Source: an uncultured delta proteobacterium
Lineage (GTDB): Bacteria; Myxococcota_A; Polyangia; Polyangiales; Polyangiaceae
Length of the DNA stretch: 64,000 nt
Assembly (NCBI GenBank): GCA_963696385.1
Contig: CAVOKF010000007.1
Coordinates: forward strand, 576,001 to 640,000
Direction of reading: 5' to 3'
Positions 1-11,163 of the stretch are shown one piece after another; the first letter of the stretch is position 1; each line of letters begins with the position of its first letter. Below the pieces are notes generated by a model that was not told the origin of the DNA, made no database searches, and saw only the letters and a program-made list of their open reading frames with translations. A program made the translations under genes and the position numbers.

Positions 1-687
1 GATCCCGTGGACCGGGCGCTCGCCGACGTCGTCGGGCGCCTTCGCCTTCCGCTGCAGCCGTTCGAGGCCCTGCTCGAGGGGCTCGCCTGGGACGCCATCG
101 GACGACGCTACGAGACCCTCGACGATCTCCATGCCTATGCTGCCCGCGTCGCGGGCGCGGTGGGCGCCATCATGACTCTGCTCATGGGAGAGCGCGCGGC
201 TTGCGTCCTCGCGCGCGCGTGCGACCTGGGCGTCGCGATGCAGCTGACCAACATCGCGCGGGACGTCGGGGAGGACGCCGCCCGCGGAAGGATCTACCTG
301 CCTCTGCAGTGGATGCGCGACGCCGGCATCGAGACCGACCGCTGGCTCGAGCAGCCGCGCGCCGACGATGCGACGCGGTCGGTCGTCGCGCGCCTGCTTC
401 GCTCCGCCGACGATCTCTATGCGAGCGCGGACGCCGGCATCGCGGCGCTCCCCGCGGACTGTCGGGTGGGGATCCGGGCGGCCAAGCTCATCTACTCGGA
501 CATCGGACGCCGCGTGGTCCGCGCCGGCTTCGACTCCATCACGCGGCGCGCCGTCGTGCCCCGCGCGCGCAAGGTGTGGCTCGTCCTCAGGTCGCTCCGG
601 GCCCGGTTCGAGCGACGACGCGTCCTCGACGCACCCCCCCTCGGATCGACGCGATTTCTAGTGGCGGCGTGCGCGGAGGGGCCGTAA
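1..687 (+). CDS. crtB: Phytoene synthase (5'-partial)
   Basis: YAARVAGAVG, LGVAMQLTNIARDVGED and GRIYLP motifs of the squalene/phytoene synthase family; frame is open to the window edge. Confidence 0.93.
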   Translation, partial: DPVDRALADVVGRLRLPLQPFEALLEGLAWDAIGRRYETLDDLHAYAARVAGAVGAIMTLLMGERAACVLARACDLGVAMQLTNIARDVGEDAARGRIYLPLQWMRDAGIETDRWLEQPRADDATRSVVARLLRSADDLYASADAGIAALPADCRVGIRAAKLIYSDIGRRVVRAGFDSITRRAVVPRARKVWLVLRSLRARFERRRVLDAPPLGSTRFLVAACAEGP

Positions 688-2105
688 TGGGCGACGAGGC
701 GCGCGCGCGGGTGCGCGAGGCCGGCGGCGCCGAGCTGCTCGAGAGGCTGGACCACCTCGATCGCCATCGCCGGGAGCCGCCGCTCCGAGCAGAGCCTCCG
801 GCCAAGCCGGCAGGCGGCGCGCGCACGGACTTCGACGTGGCGATCGTCGGAGGGGGACTCTGGTCCATGCTCGCTCCCGTGCTCGCAGCGCGCGGCGTCG
901 GGGTGGCCGTGTTCGACCGCGCGCGGGTCGGGGCCGCGCACCGTGAATGGAACGCGAGCGGCCCCGAGCTGCGCGCGCTGGTCGAGGCCGGGGTGGTCTC
1001 CGAGGCCGATCTCGCCGAGCTGATCGTCGCCCGCTACGACTACGCAATCTGCCGGTTCCACGGCGGCGCGAGCTACCCGGTCGTCGGTGTGCTCGATCAC
1101 GCCGTGGGGGCGGGGCCGCTCCTTGCGCACGCCCGCGCGCTCGCCGAAAGACGGGGGGTCTGCATTTTCGACGGCTACGCGCTGGACGCGCACGCATCCG
1201 GGCCGACCGCCGTGCAGCTCCGCTTGCGCACGCGCGATGGGGCGACGCGGCACGTCACGACCAAGCTCATGGTCGACGCGCGTGGAGCAACCAGCCCGCA
1301 TGCCACGGCCGACCTGGTCTGCCCCACGGTGGGCGGCGTCCTCCAGGGGCTCGCCGAGGGGGACGGCCCGGCGGAGGTGTCGCCACGCGTGGGCGAGATC
1401 CTCGCGACCGTCGATTCGATCGAGCGCGGGCGGCAGTATGTCTGGGAGGCGTTTCCCGGGCGGAGCGGCGAGACCACCGTGTACCTCTTCTATTACGCAC
1501 GCGCCGGAGAGAGGACCTCGCTCGCCGAGCTGTATGCGAGGTTCTTCGCGACACGGCCCGGGTACAAGCGAGGAGACGCGAAGCTTTTGCGACCGACCTT
1601 CGGGTTCATCCCCGGCTGGTCGCGCCTCTCTGCCGCGCCGCGACCCCCGGACCGCCGCGTCGTCCTCGTCGGGGACGCGGCGGCCCGGCACTCGCCTCTC
1701 ACCTACTGCGGCTTCGGAGCCACGCTCCGGTCGATCGTGCCCGCCGCGGACGCGATCGCGCGTGCGCTCGACGACCCGCGCGTGGACCTTCGAACCGTGG
1801 TCCACGACGCGCCCGTCCACGCCCTCACCGGCGCGCTCGCGCACATGATGGCGGCGCGGCAGTTCGAAGGCGACGAGGTGAACGCGCTTCTGGACGCTGC
1901 GTTCTGCACTCTGCACGAGATGGGCAACGAGCCGTATGCGCGCCTGCTCCGGGACGAGATGCGACCGGCGGCATTCGTCGACTTCCTGCGGCGGACGGCC
2001 CGCCGTCACCCGGCCGTATGGGGCAAGATCGTACGCGGGCTCGGCCTCAGCGTTGCGGGGCGCTGGAGCTTCGGGCTCGCCCGGTCGATGATCGCGAGCG
2101 CGTGA
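687..2105 (+). CDS. CruA/CruP-family FAD-dependent lycopene cyclase
   Basis: ATG at 687 overlaps the crtB stop (TAATG); Rossmann motif VGGG, plus VCPTVG, QYVWEAFP, TTVYLFYY and GDAAARHSPLTYCGFG, typical of CruA/CruP. Confidence 0.75.
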   Translation: MGDEARARVREAGGAELLERLDHLDRHRREPPLRAEPPAKPAGGARTDFDVAIVGGGLWSMLAPVLAARGVGVAVFDRARVGAAHREWNASGPELRALVEAGVVSEADLAELIVARYDYAICRFHGGASYPVVGVLDHAVGAGPLLAHARALAERRGVCIFDGYALDAHASGPTAVQLRLRTRDGATRHVTTKLMVDARGATSPHATADLVCPTVGGVLQGLAEGDGPAEVSPRVGEILATVDSIERGRQYVWEAFPGRSGETTVYLFYYARAGERTSLAELYARFFATRPGYKRGDAKLLRPTFGFIPGWSRLSAAPRPPDRRVVLVGDAAARHSPLTYCGFGATLRSIVPAADAIARALDDPRVDLRTVVHDAPVHALTGALAHMMAARQFEGDEVNALLDAAFCTLHEMGNEPYARLLRDEMRPAAFVDFLRRTARRHPAVWGKIVRGLGLSVAGRWSFGLARSMIASA

Positions 2106-2580
2106 GGCCTACGGCGCGAGCGAGCTCCCATCGCCCGAAGAAGAAGCCGTACGGAGCGCCGCCCGCGGCCCCGTGGTGCACCCGATGCGCCCGCGCAACG
2201 GCCCGGAAGTAGCGAAAGCGCAGGAGAACAGGCACGGGCAGGCGCTCGTGGACGAGGCCGTCGTGCACTACGAAGTACCCGACGCCGAAGACGCTCATTC
2301 CGACGCCGACACCGAACGCGATCTCGCGCAGAACGCCGGGCGTGCCCTGGCAGCCGACGAAGATGAGCGCGATCGCGATCGGCGCATGGATCCCAGAGAG
2401 CGCGTCATTCGCTTCGAGGCGACGGGCATCCGAGGAGCGCTCGTGATGCGAGCGGTGAACCGACCAGAGCAGGGCGTGCCACAGCCGGCCGTGGAGGAGC
2501 GCCGCCCAGAAGTCCATCGCCACGGCGACGACGAGCGCGACCGGAACCCAGATCAGTGCTCGGAGAACGAACGGGCTCAC
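2047..2580 (-). CDS. crtZ: Beta-carotene hydroxylase (fatty acid hydroxylase superfamily)
   Basis: His boxes HGRLWH, HRSHH, HDGLVH and HRVHH; EAND motif; C-terminal YGFF. Confidence 0.85.
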   Translation of the reverse strand: MSPFVLRALIWVPVALVVAVAMDFWAALLHGRLWHALLWSVHRSHHERSSDARRLEANDALSGIHAPIAIALIFVGCQGTPGVLREIAFGVGVGMSVFGVGYFVVHDGLVHERLPVPVLLRFRYFRAVARAHRVHHGAAGGAPYGFFFGRWELARAVGLTRSRSSTGRARSSSAPQR

Positions 2581-2807
2581 AGGTCGCTCCGACCGGCGGT
2601 GGCGAAGAGCTCGTCGAATACCCAGCGCACCGTCGACCCAGCGTCGACGGCGAGGCCCCCTACGCCGACCGTCCGTATCTTGCCCCCGACCTGGAGCGCA
2701 CGTTCGAGGAGCGCCACCGCGTATCCCGATCCGGCAAGGTCGATGGCGCAGGCGAAGCCCCCTACCCCCGCCCCGATGACCGTGCCATGCGATGCCCTAC
2801 GGACCAT
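2577..2807 (-). pseudogene. Remnant (N-terminal ~76 aa) of a CrtD/CrtI-type carotenoid desaturase
   Basis: VIGAGVGG...LERALQVGGKIR...DAGSTVRWVFDELF resembles the CrtD N-terminus (DAGPTVFTMRWVF) but lacks FTM and about 400 aa; stop overlaps the crtZ GTG. Confidence 0.75.
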
Positions 2808-2837
2808 GCACATACTCTATACAATATGTCGGTGGCG

Positions 2838-2870
2838 TTTGTCTATACTTTGGTTATAGTTTGGACATGG
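2838..2870. promoter_or_regulatory. Three tandem 11-bp direct repeats, CarH/CarA-like operator in the divergent crtD'/crtE promoter
   Basis: TTTGTCTATAC-TTTGGTTATAG-TTTGGACATGG; the reverse strand fits nnnnTnnACAn with 0-1 mismatch; overlaps the -10-like TATAGT. Confidence 0.5.
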
Positions 2871-3766
2871 CGAACGTCCCGAGCCACTCCCCCCGCGAGC
2901 GACGGTCCGACTTCGGAAATCTCGCACCCCGCGTGGAGCGTGCGCTCGATATCGCGTTCCGGACGTGCGCCATCGGTCCCGGCTGCCCCCCGCGCCTGCA
3001 CGACGCTCAACATTATGCCCTGTTTCCTGGCGGGGGGCGGTTACGCCCCCAACTCTGTCTGATCGCATCGATCGCGTGCGGAGACGGGCGACCCGAGGTG
3101 GCCGACGCAGCGGCCGCGGCAATCGAGCTGCTGCACTGCGCCTCGCTCGTTCACGACGACCTGCCGTGCTTCGACGACGCCGAGTTGCGGCGCGGGAAAC
3201 CGTCGGTGCACAAGGTATTCGGAGAGGGGCTCGCGCTCCTCGTAGGGGACGCGTTCATCGTGCACTCCTTCGACGTCATCGTGCGCTCAGGCTCGACGGA
3301 TCCGGCCAGGCTCCGGCCGCTGTTGCAGACGCTCGCCGCCGCGGCCGGTACGACACGGGGGATCCTCGCCGGGCAGGCCTGGGAGAGTGAGCCCGTCGCA
3401 CCGATCGAAGAGTACCAGCGAGCGAAGACGGCCTCGCTCTTCGAGGCCGCCGCGGCGATGGGCGCCATCGCAGCGGGGGCGCCGCCACAGCCGTGGCGCC
3501 GGTTTGGTGAAGCCCTCGGCCGGGCTTACCAGGCCGTGGACGACCTGAACGACGCGATCGGTGACGCGCGGCGCCTCGGCAAGCCCACAGGCCGCGATGC
3601 GGCGCTCGGCAGACCGAGCGTCGTGCGCGCCTTCGGGGTCGAAGCGGCGCGAGCCCGCGTCGAGACCCAGCTCCGAACCGCGCTCGCCGGGATGCCCCGC
3701 TGCGGCGGGGAGGACGTCGCTCTGGCCTGGCTCGAATCGCTGTCGGAACGCCTTGGGAGCCGCTGA
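2867..3766 (+). CDS. crtE: Geranylgeranyl diphosphate synthase
   Basis: GGGRLRP, HCASLVHDDLPCFDDAELRRG, GQAWE, KT and YQAVDD motifs. Confidence 0.92.
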   Translation: MANVPSHSPRERRSDFGNLAPRVERALDIAFRTCAIGPGCPPRLHDAQHYALFPGGGRLRPQLCLIASIACGDGRPEVADAAAAAIELLHCASLVHDDLPCFDDAELRRGKPSVHKVFGEGLALLVGDAFIVHSFDVIVRSGSTDPARLRPLLQTLAAAAGTTRGILAGQAWESEPVAPIEEYQRAKTASLFEAAAAMGAIAAGAPPQPWRRFGEALGRAYQAVDDLNDAIGDARRLGKPTGRDAALGRPSVVRAFGVEAARARVETQLRTALAGMPRCGGEDVALAWLESLSERLGSR

Positions 3767-3900
3767 GGTGGCGCGCTGCCGATGCGCTCTCGCATGCGGC
3801 GCTGCCGTCGCCGGATCGCGCGGCGACCCCGAAGCGTCTAGAAGTCAACACTCGAGGCATCCGAGTCGCGAGACACCGCACCCAGCCGAAAGGAGGACCC

Positions 3901-4527
3901 ATGCGCCCTCGAAACATCAGCCCCCACCGAGCCGCCGGCGCGCGACGCGCGGGTCACTTCGCCATCGTGGGGGGCCTGGCCGCCGCATGCTTGCTCACGC
4001 CTGGAATCCGCGCGGACGCCACCAAGGCCGACCAAGAGTCGGCCGCCATGGGCAGTCCGGCCGCGAAACTGCGCATGCGGTACGCCGGCTCGTACCGATT
4101 CGCGGGAGACGCGGCCGAGCAAAGGGCACGCGCCGACGCCATCGACCGAAGCGTGGCGGCGTTCTTCTTCGTCTTCCGCGGCATCGCACGCGCGAAAGTG
4201 GCGGACCGAACGGCAATCGTAGCCACCTGCAAGTTCGAGTTCAGCGGTGGCACGATTCGCTCTACGGTTCCGGGCTACCCGGTTGCCGTCAGCCCCGAGA
4301 CCGGGGCGCCTGTACCCTACCGCATGGGCGACGAGACCCTCGTCCTGTCGCAGCGTTTCGAGGGGGAGCATCTCGTGCAGGCATTTCGAGCCGACGACGG
4401 TGGATCGCGCACGAACGAGTTCACGTTGAGCCCCGACGGCGCGAAACTCACGATGAAGGCGACGGTGAGCAGCCCCAAGTTGTCGATCCCGGTCGTCTAC
4501 ACGCTGACCTATCAACGGGTCGACTGA
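3901..4527 (+). CDS. Hypothetical exported protein
   Basis: AGGAGG RBS; signal-peptide-like hydrophobic N-terminus; beta-rich C-terminus. Confidence 0.65.
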   Translation: MRPRNISPHRAAGARRAGHFAIVGGLAAACLLTPGIRADATKADQESAAMGSPAAKLRMRYAGSYRFAGDAAEQRARADAIDRSVAAFFFVFRGIARAKVADRTAIVATCKFEFSGGTIRSTVPGYPVAVSPETGAPVPYRMGDETLVLSQRFEGEHLVQAFRADDGGSRTNEFTLSPDGAKLTMKATVSSPKLSIPVVYTLTYQRVD

Positions 4528-4561
4528 CGGCGAACGTCGCCGCGGGCGGCGCGTTCGGGGA

Positions 4562-5005
4562 TCAAGACCCGGACCCATCGCGGCAGGCTCCGGGCCGTCC
4601 TCTTTTTCCGTTGTTCGTCGGATCGCCGCAGACGCGACGCCGCAGATGCGTCGCGACGACGCCGGGAAAGGTCCGTGTATCGATGGGCTTTGTGATGTAG
4701 TCGTCGCACCCGGCTTCACGCGCCCGCTGTGCGTCCCCCTTCATCGCGTACGCCGTCAGCGCCACGATGCAGATCTCGCGCGTCCGGTCATCCGCCTTGA
4801 GACGGCGTGTGAGCTCCAGGCCGTCCATGCCCGGAAGCTGCAGGTCCATCAGGATCAACCAGGGGCGGAAGTTCTCGAGCTGAGTCATGGCCGCTTGGGC
4901 GTCGACGGCGACTCGGACGTCGTAGCCGCCCTCGGTGAGGAGAAATAGAATGAGCGCGGCGTTCGCCGCATTGTCTTCGATCAGAAGGATCGGCTCTGCG
5001 GACAT
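4562..5005 (-). CDS. Single-domain response regulator (DivK/CheY-like)
   Basis: ILLIEDN, LMDLQLPGMDG, ALTA and KP receiver motifs. Confidence 0.92.
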   Translation of the reverse strand: MSAEPILLIEDNAANAALILFLLTEGGYDVRVAVDAQAAMTQLENFRPWLILMDLQLPGMDGLELTRRLKADDRTREICIVALTAYAMKGDAQRAREAGCDDYITKPIDTRTFPGVVATHLRRRVCGDPTNNGKRGRPGACRDGSGS

Positions 5006-5008
5006 GGC

Positions 5009-8000
5009 TCAACCTTTCAAACGTCCGACCGGGCTCGGGCGCAACAGGCGTTCGAGTTCATGGACGACGCCGGCCGTGCTGGCCCGCGCCTTGCTGTGCA
5101 CCGCCTGGGCGTCTTCGCTAAGCCGAGCCTTTTCGGCCGCCGTAAGATCCTTCGCCGTCCAGATGACGACCGGCACGTCCCGGCTTTGCGGCTGACTGCG
5201 AAACCGTTCCAGAAACTCGAAGCCACCCATCCGCGGCATCAGCAGATCCAAGACGATGGCCGCCGGCCTCCTCGCCTCCACCGCGATCAGTGCCGACGCG
5301 GCGTCCTGTTGGCAGTCGGTTGCGTAGCCCAGTGAGGTGAGCGTCGCCGCCATGAGTTCCAGGCTTGCTCGATCGTCATCGACGATGAGCACCGTGCCCG
5401 GTCGATGCCCGACAACCCCCGCCCGCGTCAGCGACGAGATCACCGCGGCTTCGTCCACAGGGCGGGGCTGCACGGGGTGGGTCGCCCCGCTTCCGACGGC
5501 GGCCCCGGCGCTCGCGGCCGTGATCAGGACGACCGGCACGTCCCGGCGATCGCCCGCCCCGCGGATCTCGCGGATGACCTCGAGGCCGCCCATGTCCGGC
5601 AACCGCAGGTTGAGCGCCACCGCGTCGAACTTCGCGTCTCGAAATTTGACGAGACCCTCGGCCCCCGTCGCGGTTGCATCGACGGCGTAGCCCGCGGCAA
5701 GCAGCGTGCGAACGAGCGAGGCCTGATCGCTCGGGTTGCTCTCCATCACGAGGACGACCGGCGGACTCGACGGCAACCCGAACCGAGCCGGCGGCACCGC
5801 CGGCAGAGCCAGCATCTGCGGATGACGCGGGAGAATCGCATGAAATACGCTTCCCTGTCCTACGACGCTGCTAACCCCGATGCGACCCCCTTGCGCTTCG
5901 ACGATCCTCTTGGTCAAACTCAAACCCAATCCGGTCCCGGAGTGTTTCTTGGTGAGCGTCGCGTCCAATTGCTGGAATTCCACGAATAACCGGCCCAAAT
6001 CCTGTTCTCGGATTCCCGGCCCCGTGTCTTCGACCTCGAGCCGAAAGGCCGCCGGCGCGTCGACGCCGACGCGCACATCGACGCGGCCGCCTTCGCTGGT
6101 GAACTTGATGGCATTGGAAAGGTAATTGTAGAGCACCTGCTTCAGCCGAGCGGGGTCGAGCACGACGTCGTTCAGTGCCACATCGACCTCCGCGTTCACG
6201 CGGAGCTTGCGATTGGATGCGTGCGTGCGCAACATCGTCACCACCTCGTTGACGAGTTGCGCGAGGTCGACCTTCTCCGGGTAAAACTCCATCTTGCCGG
6301 CCTCGACCTTGGAGAGATCGAGAATGTCATTCACGAGCTGCAGCAGGTGATGTCCGCTCACGAGGATATGCCCCATGAACTCCTTGAGCCGGGGCGAATT
6401 TCCGTCGACTCTGTCATCGCTGATGAGCTCGGCGAATCCGATGATGGCATTCAACGGCGTGCGCAGTTCATGGGACATGTTGGCGAGGAACTCGCTTTTC
6501 ATGCGGTTGGCCTGCTGTATCCGCTCTTCCATTTGCTTGCGGTCGGTGATGTCGCGGATGGCGGCCGTCACGAGCGTCCCCTCCGAGGTTTGGATTGGAC
6601 TGAGGCTTATCTCCGCCGCGAACTGCGTTCCGTCCTTGCGGAGCCCGAACAAGTCCGCGCCTTTGCCCATGGGCCGCAACCGCGGCTCGGCGAAGTATCC
6701 GCGACGGTGCGCAGGGTGCTGATCGCGGAACGGCTTCGGGACCAGCGTCTCGATCGGCTGACCGAGGAGCTCCTCGCGCCGAAAGCCGAACAAGGTCTCC
6801 GTTTGGGCGTTGACGAGGACAATTCGGCCTTCCCGATTCACGATGACCATGGCGTCGGGGGCCGATTCGAGGAGCCCGCGGAACTTGTCTTCGGCCTTTC
6901 TGCGCTCGGTGATGTCGCGGATGGCGCTCGATACGAGCGTTCCGTCTTCGGTCTCGAGAGGGCTCAAACTGATTCTCGATCGGGAATTCACTGCCGTCCT
7001 TGCGCAGGCCGTAGAGCTCGAGACCCGACCCCATCGAACGCACGTTGGGCTTCAGGAAGAAGCCGGTGCGGTACCCGGGGTGCCTGCCCCGAAATCGCTC
7101 CGGTACGAGCTTCTCGATCGCCGCGCCGAGAAGCTCCGTTCTTTCGTAGCCGAAGAGCGCTTCGGTCTGCGCGTTGACGAGCACGATGTTGCCCTCGCGG
7201 TTCACGATCACGATGGCGTCGGGGGCGGCCTCGAGCAGGCCTCGGAACTTTTCCTCCGCCCGTTTGCGCTCCGTGATGTCGCGAATGGCGGCCGTGACCA
7301 GCCTGCCGGCTTCGGTCTCCATCGGAGACAAGCTGATTTCCGCCGGGAACTCGGAGCCATCCTTGCGCAGCCCGAAGAGCTCGAGACCGGCACCCATCGG
7401 GCGCGTACGCGGATCCGAGAAGTAACCGCGGCGCCGATCGGGATGAACCGCGCGGAACCGCGCCGGCACGAGAACCTCGATCGGCTGGCCCAGTAGCTCG
7501 TCGCGCTGATAGCCAAATACCTTCTCGGTCTGCCCATTGACGAGCGCGATTCGTCCGTCGTCGCCGATGATGACCATCGCGTCCGGAGCGGCCTCCAGCA
7601 AACCCCGAAACCTCGACTCGACGGCACGCCTGTCGCGCAAGCTCTGCAGTTGGCTGCCGTCCTTTATGTTCGCGGCGATGAATCGAATGTGGCCCTGCGG
7701 GGTCCTGACCGCGCGCATCGAGACCTCGACGCTCACCGGCGATCCGTCTTTGCGCTGTCGGACCGTCTCGAAAAGCGCCCTTCCCCTCGTGAGCACGTGC
7801 CCCATCATCTCCCGCGCTTCGTCGAGTCGACCCGCGGGAAGCACCAAATCGTCGAGCGCGCGCCCCATCGCCTCCTCCGGCGTGTAGCCAAAGATGGCCT
7901 GAGCCCCCGGGCTCCAAAAAAGGACCTTGCCTTCCGTGGAGAGCGCCAGCAATGCATCGCGCGATTGCTGCACGAGCTCGTGCACGAAGGACGTCATGTC

Positions 8001-8024
8001 CACGCTGGGATTCTCGTCGGCCAT
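5009..8024 (-). CDS. Multi-PAS hybrid histidine kinase (4xPAS-HisKA-HATPase-2xREC); +1 frameshift at ~6973
   Basis: PAS repeats ([11 protein letters not shown]), H-box [12 protein letters not shown] boxes, two REC domains; ORFs 6468-8300 and 5009-6991 join as FPIE/ISLSP when one base is removed. Confidence 0.9.
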
Positions 8025-8058
8025 GGGATTGTTCCGTTTGCTCTCGATCGCCCGAGAT

Positions 8059-10638
8059 TTACGCCGGCAGGCGCAGAACAAACGAGGTCGGCCACTCGGG
8101 TGTCTCCGTGACGGAAATGGTCCCTCCGAGCGCCTCGATCGCGCGCTTGCAGAAGTACAAGCCGAGGCCCGCGTTGCCCGTTGTCGTGCCCTTCTCGATC
8201 CGGGTGAACTTTTCGAAGATACGCAGCCTGTCGGACGCAGGGATGGCCGGCCCCGAATTGGAAATCGTGATCTCGACCGCGCCGTCCGACTGCGTCGCAA
8301 TGCCCATCCGCCCCTGCTCGGGCGTGTGCCTCAACGAGTTGTCGAGAATGTTCTGGATGACGCGTTGAAGGAGCGCGCGATCGCCCCGGACATGGGCGCT
8401 CGTGCGCGGTGGCTCCAGCAGATGGACCCTTCGCTCCGCTGCCTGTCGAACGTATTCGAAGAGAACCTCGCGCAGCAGGTCGGACAGACCGATGAGTTCG
8501 TTGTGAATGGGAAACTCCGAATCTTCCAGACGCGAGATGACGAGCAAGTCGTCGATCATCGAGCGGAGCCGCTGGCAGGCGCGCGCGGCATCGTCGAGCG
8601 CATCCTGCAGATCGAGGCTGTCGCTGGCCGCCTGTCGCGCGTACTCGAGGTTTGACCAAAGCGCTGCGAGAGGGCTCTTCAGATCGTGCACGACAAAGGC
8701 GGTCAAATCCCGCTGTTCGCGCTGCAGGCGTCCGAGCTCTTCATTGCGTGCCTCCAGCTGTTCGTTCAGCCGGCGAAGCACGTCCCTCGAGTCTTTCAAT
8801 TGCAGAAGGGTCGAGACGCGGATGCGCAGACCGCGCCCGTCAGCCGGCTTTTCGAGAAAATCGTCCGCACCCGCTTCGAGACCGCGGAGCTTATGTTCGC
8901 GTTCGGAATGGGCGGTGAGAACGATGACCGGAACGTGGTCGGCTCCGCTTTCCGCGCGGATGTGCTTCAGCACCTCGAGACCATCCAGACCGGGCATCAC
9001 CAGGTCCAGGAGGACCAGGTCGGGCTTGAACTGAGTGTAGGCGGCGAGCGCGGAGAGTCCGTCGTCCGCCATGACGAGCTCATGGCCAAGAGGGGCGAGC
9101 AGCGCTTCGAGCAGCGCCAGGTTGGGCGACTGGTCGTCCACCAGCAGGATGCGCTTGGGAGCCATCTTCTCCGGCGGCCCGTTGGCGGGCCGGGAAGAGA
9201 AGGAGACGGCAGCGAGCTCAGACGGCGAAGCGCGTACCGGCGGCACGGCTCGCGGGCGCGCCGAAACCGCGGATGGCGGCGGTCCGGGCCTCGAAGCCGC
9301 TGGCGGCGGCACGACGGAAACGTTGCGAGCCCGGCGGGCGCTTCGAGCCAACTTGTCTTCGTACATGCGCCGATCCGCCTGCTCGACGAGGGCCTCGAGC
9401 GACAACGAATCCTCCGTACTGCACCGACTCATTCCGACGCTGATCGAGATCCGGTAGGGCCGCTCGGAGCCTGTGTTGAATTGCATGACCGCTGCGCACA
9501 GGCGCTCACGAAGCACGTCGGCGTGCTCGCCCGCATCCGGCGCAAGGACGACGAATTCATCGCCGCCCAGGCGGCCCACGATGTCGGACGTGCGAAAGCA
9601 CCCCCGCAGCACCCAGGTGACGTCCATGAGCATGCGATCGCCTTCCGCATGGCCGAGGGAATCATTGATGCTCTTCATGCCGTTGAGATCGATGAAAAAG
9701 ACCGCCGGCTGCCGCCCCGACCCCCGAGCCACGTCGAACGCCTTTTGCGCGACCTGCAAGAAACCCCGCCGGTTGTACGCGCCCGTCAGGGGGTCGGTCT
9801 CCGACTGTTCTCGGAGCTCCGAGCGGGCGGCGAGCAGATCGGTGACATCTCGCCCCACCGCCACGGCTCCGCAGACGAGGTCGTTGGCGTCGCGCTGCGG
9901 CGCGGCGTTGACGCTGTACAGGCGCCCTTCGGGATCGTGGACGGACCGAACGAACACCTCCACGTCGCGAACGATCTCGCCCGCGAGCGCGCGCGCGAAG
10001 GGAAGATCCTCGGTCCGGAACGGCGTTTCACCGTCGAGCTCGTACATCCCGTGGCCGTGGGTCGGCGGCGGCGACTGCGCACCGCCGATGGCGTCACCGA
10101 ACGCACGACGGCCCGGTTCGTTGGCGAGCACGATGTTGCCCTGCGCGTCGACCGCCGCGATGGCGTCCGACATCCCGCTCAGTACTCCGGCCATCAGCGA
10201 TCGCTGCTGGCTGACCTCTTGCTCGAGTGCGTGTCTCTGCAAGGCGACCTCGACGGCGGCCCGCAACTCGCGGTCTCCGTAGGGCTTGAGGACGTAACCG
10301 TGCGGTTGCGCTTCTTCTTGGGCCCGCATCAGCGTCGCATCGTCGGCCTGCGCCGCGAGAAAGACAACGGGGGTCGGATGCCGCGCGCGAATGGCCGCAG
10401 CCGCAAAAATGCCGTCGTCTTGCTCCTGCAGATGCACGTCCATCAAGACGAGGTCGGGTTGGTAGATCTCGACCGCGAGGAGCGCGTCCGCAGCGGACTC
10501 GGCGGCCGGAGGTACGCTGTACCCAAAACGCAGCAGCGCGGACCGTACGTCGCCGGCGATGAGCGCGTCGCGCTCGACGACGAGGATCGATCGTGGAGGT
10601 CGCGAATCGCGTGACCTCCCATTCAACTCGTCTTGCAT
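8059..10638 (-). CDS. REC-PAS-GGDEF-REC-HisKA-HATPase fusion (diguanylate cyclase/hybrid kinase)
   Basis: REC (LVLMD), PAS, RTSD I-site plus GGDEF, Pro-rich linker, [12 protein letters not shown]-box, GLGL. Confidence 0.88.
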   Translation of the reverse strand: MQDELNGRSRDSRPPRSILVVERDALIAGDVRSALLRFGYSVPPAAESAADALLAVEIYQPDLVLMDVHLQEQDDGIFAAAAIRARHPTPVVFLAAQADDATLMRAQEEAQPHGYVLKPYGDRELRAAVEVALQRHALEQEVSQQRSLMAGVLSGMSDAIAAVDAQGNIVLANEPGRRAFGDAIGGAQSPPPTHGHGMYELDGETPFRTEDLPFARALAGEIVRDVEVFVRSVHDPEGRLYSVNAAPQRDANDLVCGAVAVGRDVTDLLAARSELREQSETDPLTGAYNRRGFLQVAQKAFDVARGSGRQPAVFFIDLNGMKSINDSLGHAEGDRMLMDVTWVLRGCFRTSDIVGRLGGDEFVVLAPDAGEHADVLRERLCAAVMQFNTGSERPYRISISVGMSRCSTEDSLSLEALVEQADRRMYEDKLARSARRARNVSVVPPPAASRPGPPPSAVSARPRAVPPVRASPSELAAVSFSSRPANGPPEKMAPKRILLVDDQSPNLALLEALLAPLGHELVMADDGLSALAAYTQFKPDLVLLDLVMPGLDGLEVLKHIRAESGADHVPVIVLTAHSEREHKLRGLEAGADDFLEKPADGRGLRIRVSTLLQLKDSRDVLRRLNEQLEARNEELGRLQREQRDLTAFVVHDLKSPLAALWSNLEYARQAASDSLDLQDALDDAARACQRLRSMIDDLLVISRLEDSEFPIHNELIGLSDLLREVLFEYVRQAAERRVHLLEPPRTSAHVRGDRALLQRVIQNILDNSLRHTPEQGRMGIATQSDGAVEITISNSGPAIPASDRLRIFEKFTRIEKGTTTGNAGLGLYFCKRAIEALGGTISVTETPEWPTSFVLRLPA

Positions 10639-11163
10639 GATTCCCCCGGATCCTTCACTTCGGGTGCCATCCACCTAGCCCTTGCAGCGCGTGCCCGAGG
10701 GCACAGGCGGAGCGAGCACCAAGAGCGCACAAGCCTCCAACGCCCGACCGAAGCATACAAGCCCCTGGATCTGTGATTCGGTCTAGCGAAATGCGTGGAG
10801 CGATGGGCAAGCGACCTCCAGCGCCCGATCCGGCGTCCGCGCGAGGTCCGTCTTTTGGACCGAAAGGACTTGGCTGACCGCGTCTGGCTCTTGACGTAAC
10901 CCGGCCGAAACCCCTTTCGTTTCGCCGACAAGCTCCAAAGCGACGGGAAGGCGGGGCTCATCGCTTTTGACTACCGCCCTGTGGCGGATGTTAACGATGC
11001 GCCGGGCTCGGCCATCCAGCGCTCTTGGGGGTGGAGGTACGACGATGGGCGCGGGAGCACCGGTGGCACGATGGGCCTCTGCTATTCAAGGTCGCTTCGC
11101 GGGTGCCGAACTGGAGTACCTTGCGGACCCATGGAGTTTGGCTCGGTGGCAACGTCCCATTTG

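Noticed and set aside
2808..2870. PpsR/CrtJ site (TGT-N12-ACA)
   Set aside because: Neither plus-strand TGT has ACA at the required spacing
6541..7620. ~378-bp internal DNA repeats
   Set aside because: Explained by tandem PAS domains in the kinase; not a mobile element
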